Shown here in pieces: positions 61,637-64,000 of a stretch of 64,000 nt of DNA. The notes under the pieces were generated by a model that was not told the DNA's origin, made no database searches, and saw only the letters and a program-made list of their open reading frames with translations. The position numbers and the translations under genes were made by a program. The DNA comes from Scyliorhinus canicula (Eukaryota). Location of the stretch: NCBI RefSeq assembly GCF_902713615.1, contig NC_052149.1:3276623-3340622 (forward strand), given 5' to 3'. Numbering within the stretch: position 1 is the first letter of the stretch; each line of letters begins with the position of its first letter.

Positions 61637-62480
61637 TCATCCCATTGTAGTCTCTTTGTTTAAGTACAAGACAGTGACATTGAATTTTACCTTCTCACCT
61701 TCCATCTGTATTTTAAATTCCACCATACTGTGATCGCTCTTTCCGAGAGGATCCCTAACTTTGAGATCATTAATTATTCCTATCTCGTTACACAGGACCA
61801 GACCTAGGGTAGCTTGCTCCCTCGTAGGTTCCATTACATACTGTTCGAGGAAACTGGTGAATGCATTTGATGAACTCCTCAAGACTGCCTTGATCGACCT
61901 GGTTTGACCAATCGAAGTGGAGATTAAAATCCCCCATGATAATTGCCGTACCATTTTTACATGCATCAGTTATTTCCTTGTTTATTGCCTGTCCCACCAT
62001 GATGTTATTATTTGGCGACCTATAGACTACGCCTATCAGTGACCTTTTCTCCTTACTATTTATAATTTCCACCCAAATAGATTCAACCTTTTTCTGCATA
62101 GAACCTATATCATCTCTCACTACTGCCTTGATGTTATCCTTAAATATCAGAGCTGCACCACATCCTTTACCTCCCTGCCTGTTCTTCCGAATAGTCTGAT
62201 ACCCCTGGATATTTAACTCCCATGACCATCCTGCAACATGTCTAAAATGGCCACTAAATCAGACTCATTCGCGATGATTTGCGCCATCAACGCATTTACC
62301 TTGTTTCGAGCATTCAAGTACCCTTATGCTAGTTTTTTTACTTTCTTTTTGAATCCTAACACCTCCATTAATAACATCTCCTGAGTTATTCTTCACTTTA
62401 ACTTTTTCCATAATTTTCCCTGTAGTTGAACCCACCTCCCCATGTGCTAACCTGCTGCTTTGCCTCCATTCACCATCATA
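61637..62480 (-). mobile_element. CR1 LINE endonuclease fragment
   Basis: ESIWVEI...GVVYRSP...MGDFN; LGKSDHSMVEF. Confidence 0.85.
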
Positions 62481-62794
62481 TTTCCTGTCGTTTTACCCTT
62501 CCCTTCCCCCTCACACTTGTTAGTTGATCCCTCAAAGAGTCTAACTGACCACCCGTGGCAGTTGGTTGTGTGGCCTTTGCCACGTTGACCCCACCACTGG
62601 AAGCAGGAGAATCAAGCCTCAAAGTTGCTCCTGGTCTCACCTCGAGATCTACCTCCATAGAGCTGGCAAGATGCCTCTGTATAAGAGCTATCCAATAAAT
62701 GCCACTCCTTCATCACAGCCCTGTAACCGGATATGATGCACTAATTAATTATGATGTACTAATTTAATTTTGTCAATTTGTCCTTTGTTACCAG

Positions 62795-63115
62795 ATTACG
62801 AATCTCCCAAATGAATACTTCTGGTCTGAAATGAAGTATCTACAGATCCTCCATCTCCATGACAACATCATTGGAGACATGAGGAGTGTCAGATCCCTGT
62901 TTTCCTGCCCAGAACTCGTTGTTCTGACCCTGTTTGACACCCCAGTCAGCCTTGTCTCACAGTATCGACATCACATTGTCAACGGCATCTGGTCTCTCAA
63001 AGCCTTGGACAACTATGTCATTGCAGACGAGGAAATCATTGAGGATTGTCGGAATAGGAATAAATTCAAAGCATTAAGTTCAAGTTTCCATCTTCATGCC
63101 ACTGCACCTCCGCAG
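62795..63115 (+). CDS. LRRIQ3: LRRIQ3 exon (321 nt); gene continues beyond the window
   Basis: ttaccag|ATTACG...CCGCAG|gttggt; LQILHLHDN...LTLFDTPVSL...YRHHIVNGIWSLKALDNYVIADEEII matches human LRRIQ3; phase-0 join to 55927. Confidence 0.9.
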
Positions 63116-63267
63116 GTTGGTGCCAAAATCTATTGTAGTGAGAAAGAAACAGTTTGGTTTCCATTTGGGAACAGTTTAAAATTCAGAAAAAAAGGTACAT
63201 TATCTTGAAATTAGAGCTAGGCCGGTCAGGAGTGATGTCAGAAAGTACTTTTTGCACCTGAAGGGCC

Positions 63268-63436
63268 TAGCCTGCACATATTTGGACTGTGGGAGGAAAT
63301 CGGAGCACCCGGAGGAAACCCACGCAGACACGGGGAGAACGTGCAAACTCCACACAGTCACCCAATGCCATAATTCATTGCCGGGTCCCTGGCGCTTTGA
63401 GGCAGCAGTGCTAACCACCGTGCCACCATGCTGCCT
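63268..63436 (-). mobile_element. V-SINE 5' portion
   Basis: Head and core. Confidence 0.75.
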
Positions 63437-63464
63437 CTTAGCTTGGTAAAGTGATTGGCAATCG

Positions 63465-64000
63465 CGATATTAGGAAAATCAAGGAGATTCAATCATTGGG
63501 AATGTGTTGGTTGTGTGTTTTTAGAAACTATTTAAAAATGGAAGATGTGTAATAGTAGAGTACCCAATTCATTTTTCCAATTAAGGAGCAATTTAACGTG
63601 GCCAATCCACCTACCCTGCACATCTTTGAGTTGTGGGGGCGAAACCCACGCAAACATGGGGAGAATGTGCAAACTCCACACGGACAGTGACCCAGAGCCA
63701 GGATCGAACCTGGGAGTATAATAGTAGAGATAGTTTGGCTAGATTTGTGTAATTAGTGCATTTGATGTTGATAAACATAAAAACACTGTAAACAGATGCT
63801 TACCTAATACAGGTTGGTATCAATGGAGAACAGAACGTAAAGATGTCAGAGGTTCAAAGGAGGGGATAAAGTCTGAATTTTAAAATTGCATGGTGGTCTC
63901 GGAAACAAAGTTAATTAAAAATAACTTCTGAGGAGGTTAGTTCAGATAAAGAAAGATCAAAAGGAAAAACGGTATATGGGGGGAAATTCCTCCCAATGCA
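63465..64000 (+). mobile_element. LTR-like element (same family as 46072-48322) with a SINE fragment at ~63560-63715
   Basis: Sequence similarity to 46330-46640; SINE flanked by duplicated TAATAGTAGAG. Confidence 0.5.

Overview
Eukaryotic, repeat-rich vertebrate DNA, most likely from a cartilaginous fish (shark). This is inferred from HE1/V-SINE-like and Deu-SINE-like elements and abundant CR1 LINEs. It contains the TNNI3K - FPGT - LRRIQ3 block also found at human 1p31. FPGT is complete on the - strand (4 exons, 41894->22796, 1758 nt spliced CDS, 585 aa). It lies head-to-head with the first exons of LRRIQ3 (+ strand) across a ~0.5 kb GC-rich bidirectional promoter. The first two coding exons of TNNI3K (- strand) lie downstream of FPGT, behind a compact GATA/MEF2/M-CAT promoter. 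The remainder is CR1 LINE fragments (one young copy with an open 528-aa RT frame), many SINEs, Gypsy remnants and solo LTRs, GC-rich TIR elements and about 14 kb of minisatellite. The most striking observation is that FPGT intron 1 is almost entirely a ~7 kb array of ~300 tandem copies of the exon-1/intron-1 junction, most carrying the same GAG|GTACCC 9-mer as the real 5' splice site. Other arrays have visible seeds inside an LTR, a TIR element and an L2-like fragment. There is also a 1.05-kb inverted duplication inserted into a CR1. Gene identities rest on recalled similarity to vertebrate proteins plus splice-phase consistency; no searches were run. Repeat boundaries are approximate.
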